From: Candidatus Micrarchaeota archaeon
GTDB lineage: Archaea; Micrarchaeota; Micrarchaeia; Anstonellales; Bilamarchaeaceae
Assembly (NCBI GenBank): GCA_038046765.1
Contig: JBBSVN010000004.1
Span: 96,001 to 160,000 of the forward strand
Direction: 5' to 3'
DNA: 64,000 nucleotides
In this document: positions 49,115-59,110 of the stretch, one piece after another
How positions within the stretch are numbered: position 1 is the first letter of the stretch
Layout: every line of letters begins with the position of its first letter
Notes under the pieces: generated by a model
Told to the model about the DNA's origin: nothing
What the model saw: the letters and a program-made list of their open reading frames with translations, nothing else
Database searches by the model: none
Program-made: the position numbers and the translations under genes

Positions 49115-50236
49115 ATGACAATTGAAATTAAACTAAGAGATACACCTTTGATAAAACCAATTTCTCCAGACCTTAGATTAGGAAGATTTTCACAGGCAAG
49201 AATCCTTGAAGAAAGAAGAATTTTTAAGAGCGAAGCAGATGAAGTAGAATACGTAAGAGCTAGAATAGCTAAGATTGCAAAACAAAACCCGAAAGCATTT
49301 CGTAAAATAGCTTCGATTAAAATGGGTCAAACAAAAATTCAGGCAGGATCCCTCCTAAGATTATGTAGGGATATTGGAATTCCTTTAGTAATTACTCAAA
49401 ATAATAGAACAATAACCGTAATGGCATATTTATCAGAATCCCAAGCCAGTTGGAGAAGATTTGGTGGGATTTATCTAGGAAAATATTATAAAGGCAGAAA
49501 TGAACACTTTCAAACTTTTGATTATAGAATACAGAGATTTTTAGATGAACTTGCTAGCACTCGTCCGCATTTAGATATCCAATTAGATACAGAACCAGTT
49601 AGACTTAGCGAATTTCGAGTAACTACAATTAGACGCAAGGGATCAACTAAAGACTCGATTTCTTGCATTTTATCAATAGAAATGGAAAATGATATTCAAA
49701 GGCCAATAAAATCAGAACAAATAAATTTGGATGATAGTGAAAATTTACCTAAGAAAATTTCTGACTATTGGTGGAGTGGTGAAGAAGAAGGAATTTATGG
49801 TAAACATGTATCACTAGTTGTAGAATCAGAAAATGGAAAACAAATATTTTTAGTTGCTGCAACCAGAGATGGTATGTTTGTTAAATCAATTGCGAAAAAA
49901 GAAACTCTAGAGGTTAATGAAGGCGGTTTGGTGATACCAGCAGTAGTACCTAAGCAAGAATGGATACTCACACCAATAATCGAATATGATGGTCAAGAAG
50001 CAGCAGTAGAAGCAGCCGGATTATCTAAAATAGATGTGAAAGATACGCACGCAAGAATTCGAGCAAATAGGGTACGAATAAATGGTATCCACAGTTCCTC
50101 TAAAAGTCCATTTTATCAACTAGACAAAATTCTAACACCAATTTATTACCTTTTAGCAGAAGGCAAATACGAAGATGCCGAACTAGGATTAAGAAAAATA
50201 ATGGGACTAGAAAAAAGAGATACGCTAATCGACTAA
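49115..50236 (+). CDS. Hypothetical protein, paralog of 48113-49099
   Basis: Same shared motifs. Confidence 0.75.
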   Translation: MTIEIKLRDTPLIKPISPDLRLGRFSQARILEERRIFKSEADEVEYVRARIAKIAKQNPKAFRKIASIKMGQTKIQAGSLLRLCRDIGIPLVITQNNRTITVMAYLSESQASWRRFGGIYLGKYYKGRNEHFQTFDYRIQRFLDELASTRPHLDIQLDTEPVRLSEFRVTTIRRKGSTKDSISCILSIEMENDIQRPIKSEQINLDDSENLPKKISDYWWSGEEEGIYGKHVSLVVESENGKQIFLVAATRDGMFVKSIAKKETLEVNEGGLVIPAVVPKQEWILTPIIEYDGQEAAVEAAGLSKIDVKDTHARIRANRVRINGIHSSSKSPFYQLDKILTPIYYLLAEGKYEDAELGLRKIMGLEKRDTLID

Positions 50237-50263
50237 CAAAATAAAATAAACAAAAAAAGTAAA

Positions 50264-50746
50264 TTAGTTCGTGCCAGATTTTATCTGACAAATCCTAATT
50301 CTTAAATCGCATCTTTGATTAACCATACATTGCGCATCAGTTGAACACGAATTTAATGCAAGTTTTTGATTATCTACCTGATTAGGATCAAACGGAGGAA
50401 CGAACTGCGACTCGTTCGAACTAACAATATTGTAAATTGTTGAATTTTGATTTGGAATTTGCAACGATGTATTTGTAGAATTCGATTGAACTATCGATCC
50501 GTTTGTAGTGGAATTAATCGAATTTGTTTTAGGAGCAGATATTTTTGAAGTAGTAGATGAAGGAACAGGTATTATCGTAGCCCCATTTGATATATTAGAT
50601 GAATAGGTATTTTGTTTAGTCTGTTTTAAACCAGAAATAAGATTAGTAATTATTCCCTTAAGTGTTCCTTCCTTAGCAGTAAACAGAATAAAAAATATCG
50701 CAAATAGAATAAATATTATTCCAAATGTGAGAATTACGGGTCTCAT
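50264..50746 (-). CDS. Membrane-anchored S/T/N-rich protein with C-terminal Cys motif
   Basis: N-terminal TM, low-complexity stalk, CSTDAQC...C...C. Confidence 0.7.
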   Translation of the reverse strand: MRPVILTFGIIFILFAIFFILFTAKEGTLKGIITNLISGLKQTKQNTYSSNISNGATIIPVPSSTTSKISAPKTNSINSTTNGSIVQSNSTNTSLQIPNQNSTIYNIVSSNESQFVPPFDPNQVDNQKLALNSCSTDAQCMVNQRCDLRIRICQIKSGTN

Positions 50747-50829
50747 AGTAATTATATATTATAATAAGAAGAATAAATAAAGGGAACAGATACTCTAAAT
50801 TTTTCTAAATCAGAACGTAAATCAGCAAA

Positions 50830-51924
50830 TTACATCGAACTAGTATCAGAACCCGGCGGTGATTTTTGATCTGATTTATCCTTTTTATCAGCACCTAGTG
50901 CAGACTTAATTTCCGATTTTTGATCATGCGAAAACGGTTTTCCATCAATTAGAATTACCAGAGTATATTTCTGATCAAATACAATGTCAGGAATATCTGT
51001 GGTTTTATCCATATTAAAACTAAGGGGTAAAATACTATAACTTTTAATCAATTGTTCTGCTTCAATCTTCTTTTTTTCATCAACTGTGAAATAGTAGATA
51101 GCCACAGTGTGTTTTACAGCAGGAGCTTTTACTTGAATTGGATTAGGGAATAGACGTTTATATTCTTGGGACACGTTGGCAAGTATTAAACGTCCACCAA
51201 CACCAGCAGTAAAATTACCAGTAGAGAATTTTTCATACAAGAAAGCAACCCTTCTGTAGACGTCATTTGAAACAGAATCATTTTTAGGTAACAGTTTAGC
51301 TTGTTCAATTGACTTGACAAAAAGTTCTCTGCCAGAGTCGCCAAGTTCACTTCTTAAAAATGTTTCAGTGGCATCACCAAAACTGATTTTCATTTTAAGT
51401 TTGGTAAGAATTTTCTTTTCATCTTTTTTATCTGCAACTGCAGGTGTGGTACTTCCATCTTTTTCTGCAGCAGAATCAAGTGAGTATAGTCTAATGCGAG
51501 ACAATATTTTATCTAAATTTTCTGCAACGATTATTCTTGCAATATTCAACCTTCCTGCCTCTGTTACTTCAAGACCAGTTACTTTGGCTAATTCCTCAGC
51601 AACAATTTTGGAAACCTCCTCGGCAATATCAGTATTCCTTTTAAACTTTAATAAAGAGTTTATTTTATCATTGGGAATCGTAACGTTCAATGAAACAAGT
51701 TTTATTACTGTTTTCTCTGGTCTTTTTGCGTCAGCAATTTTAGCATCGATAGATACATTAAAAGTAAGAATAAGATGAGTTGATTTTTGAGATACAACTA
51801 CCTTGTTTGGATCAAACTCGGCTCGAGCATATTTTGAATGGAATGTACCAAATGCAACAGTGGCAGCGATTAATGCGCTTGTAGCGACAGTTTTTAATCC
51901 AGAAGAATAAGATGTATGTTTCAT
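50830..51924 (-). CDS. Putative secreted protein with one copy of the repeat found in 14769-17387
   Basis: Signal-like N-terminus (ARA); FGDATETFLRSELGDSG. Confidence 0.7.
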   Translation of the reverse strand: MKHTSYSSGLKTVATSALIAATVAFGTFHSKYARAEFDPNKVVVSQKSTHLILTFNVSIDAKIADAKRPEKTVIKLVSLNVTIPNDKINSLLKFKRNTDIAEEVSKIVAEELAKVTGLEVTEAGRLNIARIIVAENLDKILSRIRLYSLDSAAEKDGSTTPAVADKKDEKKILTKLKMKISFGDATETFLRSELGDSGRELFVKSIEQAKLLPKNDSVSNDVYRRVAFLYEKFSTGNFTAGVGGRLILANVSQEYKRLFPNPIQVKAPAVKHTVAIYYFTVDEKKKIEAEQLIKSYSILPLSFNMDKTTDIPDIVFDQKYTLVILIDGKPFSHDQKSEIKSALGADKKDKSDQKSPPGSDTSSM

Positions 51925-52097
51925 AATAATACATATACCGAAACAGTTTATAAATGTTGCTTTTACTGCTCTTTACTAGTTATGCCATTTATAGAAACAT
52001 TTAAATATTAGTTTTACACAAATAAACATTTAGAATAAGACTTTTTGATGATTTTGGTGAGTGTATAAGTACAGTAAAAGCAATTGCAGACCCGGCT

Positions 52098-53918
52098 TTG
52101 ATTCAAAGAAAAACAGGAAGACCCCCTGAAGAACATCCGACAAGTATAGTAGTTACTTTGGCTATTGAAGGCATAAGTGTAATTCCTAATTTAAAGACAG
52201 AGGATAAATTAAGAGTATTATTAGAAGAAGAATTAGCCTCAAAAGAATTTCAAAATGTTTTTACTCAAAACCAAAAAAGATTTGAAATTTTAGATCAGGA
52301 AATTAAAGATGGTAATAACGATAATGTTGCAGAGCACGGCCAGGTATTATCAGATAAACTAGATTTAGAAAGAACGATCGCATCCGCTTATGAAGATTTT
52401 AAAAAAAAGAAAGCAAATATTTTACCAAAAATAGAATCTCTTCTAGAATGTGCTAGAAAAATAGAACATAAGGACAGTGTAGAAATCATTTATGATTTGG
52501 AATTTTTGGAAAAAAACTTAGATGGAACAATAAAAGATTTGGAAGAAGAACTAGATGGTATTGAAAAAAGGCTAGCTAGTTTAGCGTGCATTGACCAAGA
52601 ACCAGCAGTAGAACCATGTGCCAAAGACAGCTTAAGTTTTATGCGAGATATGAGTGTATTTCCATTAGTCAAAGAAGCTAGAGAAAAGCTCTTTGGTCTT
52701 ATTACAGAAAAACCAGAGTTAGAGGAAGATATAGAAACAATTGATAGAGAAATTACAAAAGACTTTTCAAAAGTAGAAGCAATCAAATTATTATCACGAA
52801 ATTCTAAAAGAGAACACAAAAATGGTCACCTAACTGCAGAGAACTGGCAAAATTTATTAATTGTAAAACAAGTTTTTGAGAATTTTATTAAGAAAAATCC
52901 AGACCATTATTTAGTTCAAGAATGTAAGGAATGTTTGGAGCTTAAACCATTTAGAGAAGCTGAAGATAAACTTAAAGAAGAAATAAATATGGTAATAGGG
53001 GAAATAGGACGATTAGCAACCCAAAGCCAGTACAGCTTATTTTTTCAAAAACAAAAAACAAAAGTAGTAGAAGAAGGAATAAGATTAGATGGCCCCACGA
53101 AAAGTTACATTGTAGCTTTAGTTAAACTTTACTTTGAATTTACACCTGCAGGAGTATATACGAGCAAAGTTTTAGAAAAACTTTCCAGTTTAGAAAAAAT
53201 AGGAGGGTTATTAGATAAATTTAATGTAGAAGAACAGATAAGTCAACAATTTTACGAAAGACAAAAACAAAGACTTGCGAAGGGAATTATGGTAGTACAA
53301 ACGGCAAATAAACCGATTGTAGAAGCGAATAAACTTGAACTCGAATTCAAAACGCTTTGTGAGAGTATTGAACTAATCTGGCAAAAAATATCTAATTTTA
53401 AAGTAAGTTTTAGAAGTTTTCAAAACAATGGAATTTTATCAGAACAGGCATACCAGATAGTAGTAGCTTCAATTAAAAGGATGGAAATTTTAACAAAGCA
53501 GGATAAAATGGAGGAAAGAGAAGTAGTAATGGCTAGCTTAGATACTAATTTAACTGACTTGAAAGAAAAAGAAACAACATTTATCCAGTTAAGAAAAAGT
53601 TTGGATTACGTTTTAACAAAAGGGGAAGAACCCGGTTTGTTGCAAGGAATTTTAAAAATAACAGAAGTTGCAGATGCATACGAGGATGAAGCGATATCAA
53701 TAATCGTCCAAAAAGTTGATGCAATACTAGACCGTAAATCAAAAATACCTAAACCATCTTCTAGGGCAATTTCAGAAACACTGCAAAAATTTATTGAAAA
53801 TAGAAAACGTAGCAGATTTACAAATGATGAACTATATTTGCAGGCAAAAAGAACATTAGATAGAATTTTGAAAGAAAGGAACGACGGTTTCTGGAGTATT
53901 TTTAGAAGATCAGAATAA
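52098..53918 (+). CDS. Coiled-coil hypothetical protein
   Basis: 606-aa E/K/L-rich ORF. Confidence 0.7.
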   Translation: MIQRKTGRPPEEHPTSIVVTLAIEGISVIPNLKTEDKLRVLLEEELASKEFQNVFTQNQKRFEILDQEIKDGNNDNVAEHGQVLSDKLDLERTIASAYEDFKKKKANILPKIESLLECARKIEHKDSVEIIYDLEFLEKNLDGTIKDLEEELDGIEKRLASLACIDQEPAVEPCAKDSLSFMRDMSVFPLVKEAREKLFGLITEKPELEEDIETIDREITKDFSKVEAIKLLSRNSKREHKNGHLTAENWQNLLIVKQVFENFIKKNPDHYLVQECKECLELKPFREAEDKLKEEINMVIGEIGRLATQSQYSLFFQKQKTKVVEEGIRLDGPTKSYIVALVKLYFEFTPAGVYTSKVLEKLSSLEKIGGLLDKFNVEEQISQQFYERQKQRLAKGIMVVQTANKPIVEANKLELEFKTLCESIELIWQKISNFKVSFRSFQNNGILSEQAYQIVVASIKRMEILTKQDKMEEREVVMASLDTNLTDLKEKETTFIQLRKSLDYVLTKGEEPGLLQGILKITEVADAYEDEAISIIVQKVDAILDRKSKIPKPSSRAISETLQKFIENRKRSRFTNDELYLQAKRTLDRILKERNDGFWSIFRRSE

Positions 53919-54003
53919 CAAAGCACAAATAAACCTAAATACAAACATTTATATAGGGTTTTACACAAATATACATTTAAAGTAATATTTATGGTGATTC
54001 ATC

Positions 54004-57000
54004 ATGATAATAACAACTAATGACAGAGATACAACTGCATTTTCTAGAAAAGACGCAAAAAACAGGAAGACACAATCAGATGAAATTATAAAAAAATTAC
54101 AGCTGCTTAAAAAAGAAGAGGTAATTGATGATGCACAGGCAGAAAAATTCATAGAACAATTGCTAGGGAACGTAGATACAAGAACAGCGTTGCCAGGAGA
54201 TTTATTTAAACCTAAGGCTTTTAGAACTGCAGAGGAAGTAGAAGAGCACATTGAAAAACTGGAAGAAGGGCATACTTCGTATAGAAAAACAATTGAAAAA
54301 CTTGACGAAACAATACGAGCAGTAGATAGTTGTATATCTAGCCTAGTATACGCGGGAATTACAGATAGGTTAGTCGAAATAAAAGAACAAGCAGAACAGA
54401 TAAGAAAAGATTCAAGCTTTTACTTTGAAAAATGGATACTAAACGGAGTAAAAATATGGGATGGACTATATGGAACTTCTGTAGAGGAATTGCATGAAGT
54501 AGAAAAGAGGATAACAAAAAAGTTCGCAAGCTTAGAAGAGGCACTTAAAAATACAGTAATTCGTGCAAAGAGATTGCAGGACATAGACGTAAGTAGGGGG
54601 GAAATTAATCAGTGTATGATAAATATGCAGATAAGTATTCAGGCATACGCTGAAGAATCTGAGAATTTAAGTGACAGACTAGAAAAACTGAAAAAAGAAG
54701 CAGAAGAAAAAGAAGAAGAAAAAAGAAAAATGGTGGCGACACGCTATGAGGAAATGGCCGCACAATATATTGAATCAGAAGAAACAAAATTAAGAGCAGG
54801 TGCAGGAACATTAACACTTGGAACAATTGAACAGATAAAAAAGGCAGCAGCTTTAGCAAGACTTTTTTATGCACAAGGATATTATGATAATGCACTGCAA
54901 ACACTTTCCCAGGTACAAATAGTAGGGCGACGAAATGAACGAAGAAAACAGATCGAAACAGTACAAGACGCAATAGGAAGCTGGATGACTTCACCTGGAG
55001 ATGAAAACCTCAAGGAAAACGCAGCAAAGTTACTTAATGAAAATGCTTATGCAGAACAGGCAATTGTAGAGATGGCATTTAACAGGGACTTTGAACTAGC
55101 GACACCAGTAATAAGAGCAACTATGGTCGATGTTTTAAGAAGTTATATTGAAGAAGAAAAAGGAAGAACAGATAAATTTTACAATTTAGTAAGATATGTA
55201 CTAAGAACTTATCTTGGGGACACATTTGAAAGAGTAAGTTTCTTGAGCGAAACGCCTTCAAGCATAAGCGAACCATCTTCACGAGTAGCACATCCTCTTA
55301 CTAGGATTCAAAGGGAAGCGTTCGAAAGAAGAGTTGCGCAAAGAATAGCACAAGAGAGTATTAGCGCAAGAACACCCCCACCAATTCCTGAAAATGCAAA
55401 GGCAGTAGCAGAAATAAAACTAACAGAAGCAGATATTCAAGACATTACAGATGAACAAAGAGAACTAAGTGAAAGGATTGTCAGACTAACAAGCCTAGCA
55501 GAAATGTCCCCAGAAGGACGAGATAAGGAATTCGTATTTCAAATGATTGAAGAGGCAAGGCAATTAAGAGATGTAGAAGATGTGCATGCCACAGTAATTT
55601 TAGATTGGGTAGAACAAAGAGTAAACCAGGAATCAAGAGAACAAGTAACCGTAGCTGCCGCTTTAGAACCCGCTGTTGCAGCAGATCCTTCTGTTGAATC
55701 AGTTCGCGCTCCAGTTGAAGTAGCAGAACCAGCCGCATCAGTTAGCGCATCAGCTCCAGCAACAGAACCAGTAGTCCAAGCGTTAGTACAACCTTTGGCA
55801 CTTGCTCCGGCAGCAGTTGTTGAACCTCCGAAAGTTACAGACGAATTAGATTTTGAAGTAACTTGGGAAGATACTCCAGACGCAGCACCTGTAAGAAGAG
55901 AAGGTACACTCATTGGTTTTACTCCAGTTCCTAGAATAACCGTAGCACCTGCACCAGATGAAACACGAACAGCCTTAGAAACAAGCAGAGCATTAGGTTT
56001 AGCAGTTATGCCTTCACCAGGTACTCTTTTAGCGCAAGTACGAGCAGCAGCGACACCATTAGATTTAAGAGCAGAAGAAGTAACTCGAAGAGTAATTGAT
56101 TTTGCACAAGAAACTACGCAAGCATTAGAAAGACGAGAAGAACCTAGACCAATAGTTGATATCACAGATTTAGGCATAACACTTCCGTTAGATGTAGAAT
56201 CAGGCAGACGTACACCGGCACGAACAACACGCGATTTATTAGCACCGGCTCCAGAACCTAGCGAAAGGGAACCTGAATTAGATCTATCAGAATTTGCGTT
56301 TGAAGAACCTCGAGCTGTTCGAATAATAGCACGACCGCCACCAATCCCATCAGAAACAGAAGGAAAAATATCAGAAAATCCAAATTATATTTGGAGTACT
56401 GAAGGTAGACGAGTTGGTTTAAGAAGACTACAAGCTTTATCAAAAAACGACACTGCAGTAGAGCACATTGTAGGTTATTATGATGGGGGAACAAAGGAAA
56501 GTGAATTAGCATCAATACCTGCAGTAGACCAAAACAGAATTTGGGAGTTTTATAGAAACGTACTATTCGATTTTGAAGTAATAACACTTAACGCAATGAA
56601 TAAAAGAGAAAAAAATGAACCTATCAAAAGATACATCGATTGTCTTAAAATGCCAATTTTCGCTCGGGCAAGAGATGAGTTTAAAGCGCATGTTGAAGGT
56701 TACAAAACTGGTTTCACACAACTTTTAAACAACGAAATTTTAGATAGAGGAGCGTACGCAAATGAAGTAGGGTACTTCGAATCTGAATTAATTGCGCTAA
56801 TTAATCATAGCAGATTCTATGAAGCAATACACACATTTGAAAATGAAATTGCACCAAAACTAGATAGAGTTACCGAACTTGCAGATAGGCAAAAGAGATT
56901 GAAGGATACGATTACGGGAATGTATTTACTAAGTGTAAAAGAAAAAGGAGATTTATTACGAGAATATGGTGTAACTGCTAATCATTTAAAAGAAAATAGA

Positions 57001-59091
57001 CTATCCTTTGCAGATGGAATGACTAATGAACTTGAAGGAGCAATTAATAGAGCAATAGCAAAATGTGATATAAAGAAAAAACTTAGAGCGGAATTAAAAC
57101 TTGTAGAGTTAGAACTTGCACCTGTCAGAAGAAGTGAAACTGCAAAACGAATTATTAAAGATAACACCGCGAATAATCCTGTTTTAACATGCCAAATATT
57201 AGTTGAAGAAGTAGAGGCAACGGATGGAGCATTTGGAGAAACTGCCCCACATAGAGCTAAAATTATTGCAAGAGACGCATTAGTAGATATTTCAAAAGTA
57301 GCAGTAATTAGAGCGGAACGAGAACTATTTAGTAGATGCATAGCAGCAGCAAGAAAATGCGGTGCACCAGCATTCACTGGATGGACAAGACTTGGACCAA
57401 GGATTGCAGAAGCATGGATAAGCCGCATGGCTAAAGCAGCAGCAGATGTTTTATCAGAGGATAGACCAACAGTTAAACTCCAAAAGGCTGGACAGGTACA
57501 GGTATCAACAGTAGCAGGACAAATTTTGGGAATAGAAACTTTCGAACTCTTAAAAAATCTTGGAAGTAGATATGATGCACAATCAGACTTAGTTGTAGAT
57601 TTTGTAGCTAGATCATCCCAGATAGAACCTTCAATAGAAAGATTACAAGAACAGATAAAATGGTCTAGAGCTGAATTTGATAACAAGGCAAAATCAGAAG
57701 ATATTGAAAATGCACTCGCGCTTGGAGCAATTTGCAAGTTATATATGCAAAATGCAAAAGATAAAAGTAGTGAAACTTATAGAAAAGCAGAATCTTTTGT
57801 AGATGGAAAAGTATTCAAAAATGCATTTGATTTAATAAGAAGAAGAATAACTGCAGCAGCCACATCTCTTGATCAGTTAGAGAATGTAGAAATATTTAGA
57901 CTTAGTGATGATGTCCACAGTGAGTTTATAGATAGATTAAAGATTGCAGATGAAATGCTTAAAGGAGAACGGAGTGCAGAAGCAGTTAGATACATTGAAG
58001 AAAAACTAACAACTCCGGCAAAGCAATTGCATGAGTGTGTAACACGAATTAACGAGCTAAATACGAATATAGGAATTTGTGAAAGAAGCGTTATTCTGGG
58101 GGGAAATGAAAGCACAACCGAAACAAAGGAAGTATATGCCAGGTTTGCCAAACATGCAATAGAAAAAGACATGAAAGAAACAATTGAATTGATTGAAGCT
58201 GGAAAAATCAAAGAAGCAATTGGTAAATTAGAAAATTTAGAAGAAAAAATTTCTACGATTTATGAGGATGCAATAACTCAGGCGATAGAACTTTTAGCTA
58301 CTGATGAATCAAAAAAGATAAAGAAAGCCCGTGAATACCTAGCGCTTTGTTATCAAGAAAACCCGCACGAAACAGCGAGCACACTTCTTGATGTACTTTC
58401 AAATTGGAAGGATTTAACTAAAATAAGCGGAGAAGGTAGAGAAGAACTTTTACATATCTTGAATGTGCTACAAGGATGGTACAGTTCAATGGAAGAGGTT
58501 GAATTAGCACAAGGAACAACAGAGATTATTGCAAAGATGACACTGGAAACAGAAAAAAATGAAGAAGAACTAGAAGCAGAAACAAAAATAACTGCACCAG
58601 TAACCAAAGCAGATGTAATTCCAAAGGATGGGAAAGAAGAAACCCCTGAACTAAATGGATTCAAAGCGCGAGCACTCAAATTTTATGTAGAAGCAGAACA
58701 AAGATTAGCTAAAGTATTAGCCATATTACCTAAAAGAGATACTGCCACTGCAGAAGCAGAACTGGATAAAAGAGCAGACAGGGTACAATTAGACCAAAAT
58801 CCAACAAACGGAACTGTTAGAAACATGAGAGTAGATCGTATTTTCGAGGAATCCGAAAGAATAATAGTTAAACCAGATCCAGAACCCGCAGATATTGCAA
58901 AGGAATTGGAAACACTGGAAACAGAAGGAGAAATAAATGACCTGGCAAAAGATGAACGAGGATTCCTAAATCCAGAAATGATTGAAGAAGCACGAAGACT
59001 AACAAGGTCTGGAAAAATTCTAGAGGCAAGAGCAGCCATGGCAAAGATAAGAGAAATTCCAACTGGACTTGAAATGGAGGAGGAAACCTAG
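54004..59091 (+). CDS. Very large helical protein with central Ala/Pro/Glu-rich region
   Basis: 1695-aa ORF; GGTGA RBS. Confidence 0.8.
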   Translation: MIITTNDRDTTAFSRKDAKNRKTQSDEIIKKLQLLKKEEVIDDAQAEKFIEQLLGNVDTRTALPGDLFKPKAFRTAEEVEEHIEKLEEGHTSYRKTIEKLDETIRAVDSCISSLVYAGITDRLVEIKEQAEQIRKDSSFYFEKWILNGVKIWDGLYGTSVEELHEVEKRITKKFASLEEALKNTVIRAKRLQDIDVSRGEINQCMINMQISIQAYAEESENLSDRLEKLKKEAEEKEEEKRKMVATRYEEMAAQYIESEETKLRAGAGTLTLGTIEQIKKAAALARLFYAQGYYDNALQTLSQVQIVGRRNERRKQIETVQDAIGSWMTSPGDENLKENAAKLLNENAYAEQAIVEMAFNRDFELATPVIRATMVDVLRSYIEEEKGRTDKFYNLVRYVLRTYLGDTFERVSFLSETPSSISEPSSRVAHPLTRIQREAFERRVAQRIAQESISARTPPPIPENAKAVAEIKLTEADIQDITDEQRELSERIVRLTSLAEMSPEGRDKEFVFQMIEEARQLRDVEDVHATVILDWVEQRVNQESREQVTVAAALEPAVAADPSVESVRAPVEVAEPAASVSASAPATEPVVQALVQPLALAPAAVVEPPKVTDELDFEVTWEDTPDAAPVRREGTLIGFTPVPRITVAPAPDETRTALETSRALGLAVMPSPGTLLAQVRAAATPLDLRAEEVTRRVIDFAQETTQALERREEPRPIVDITDLGITLPLDVESGRRTPARTTRDLLAPAPEPSEREPELDLSEFAFEEPRAVRIIARPPPIPSETEGKISENPNYIWSTEGRRVGLRRLQALSKNDTAVEHIVGYYDGGTKESELASIPAVDQNRIWEFYRNVLFDFEVITLNAMNKREKNEPIKRYIDCLKMPIFARARDEFKAHVEGYKTGFTQLLNNEILDRGAYANEVGYFESELIALINHSRFYEAIHTFENEIAPKLDRVTELADRQKRLKDTITGMYLLSVKEKGDLLREYGVTANHLKENRLSFADGMTNELEGAINRAIAKCDIKKKLRAELKLVELELAPVRRSETAKRIIKDNTANNPVLTCQILVEEVEATDGAFGETAPHRAKIIARDALVDISKVAVIRAERELFSRCIAAARKCGAPAFTGWTRLGPRIAEAWISRMAKAAADVLSEDRPTVKLQKAGQVQVSTVAGQILGIETFELLKNLGSRYDAQSDLVVDFVARSSQIEPSIERLQEQIKWSRAEFDNKAKSEDIENALALGAICKLYMQNAKDKSSETYRKAESFVDGKVFKNAFDLIRRRITAAATSLDQLENVEIFRLSDDVHSEFIDRLKIADEMLKGERSAEAVRYIEEKLTTPAKQLHECVTRINELNTNIGICERSVILGGNESTTETKEVYARFAKHAIEKDMKETIELIEAGKIKEAIGKLENLEEKISTIYEDAITQAIELLATDESKKIKKAREYLALCYQENPHETASTLLDVLSNWKDLTKISGEGREELLHILNVLQGWYSSMEEVELAQGTTEIIAKMTLETEKNEEELEAETKITAPVTKADVIPKDGKEETPELNGFKARALKFYVEAEQRLAKVLAILPKRDTATAEAELDKRADRVQLDQNPTNGTVRNMRVDRIFEESERIIVKPDPEPADIAKELETLETEGEINDLAKDERGFLNPEMIEEARRLTRSGKILEARAAMAKIREIPTGLEMEEET

Positions 59092-59110
59092 TTATTTTGG
59101 GGTAGTAAAT

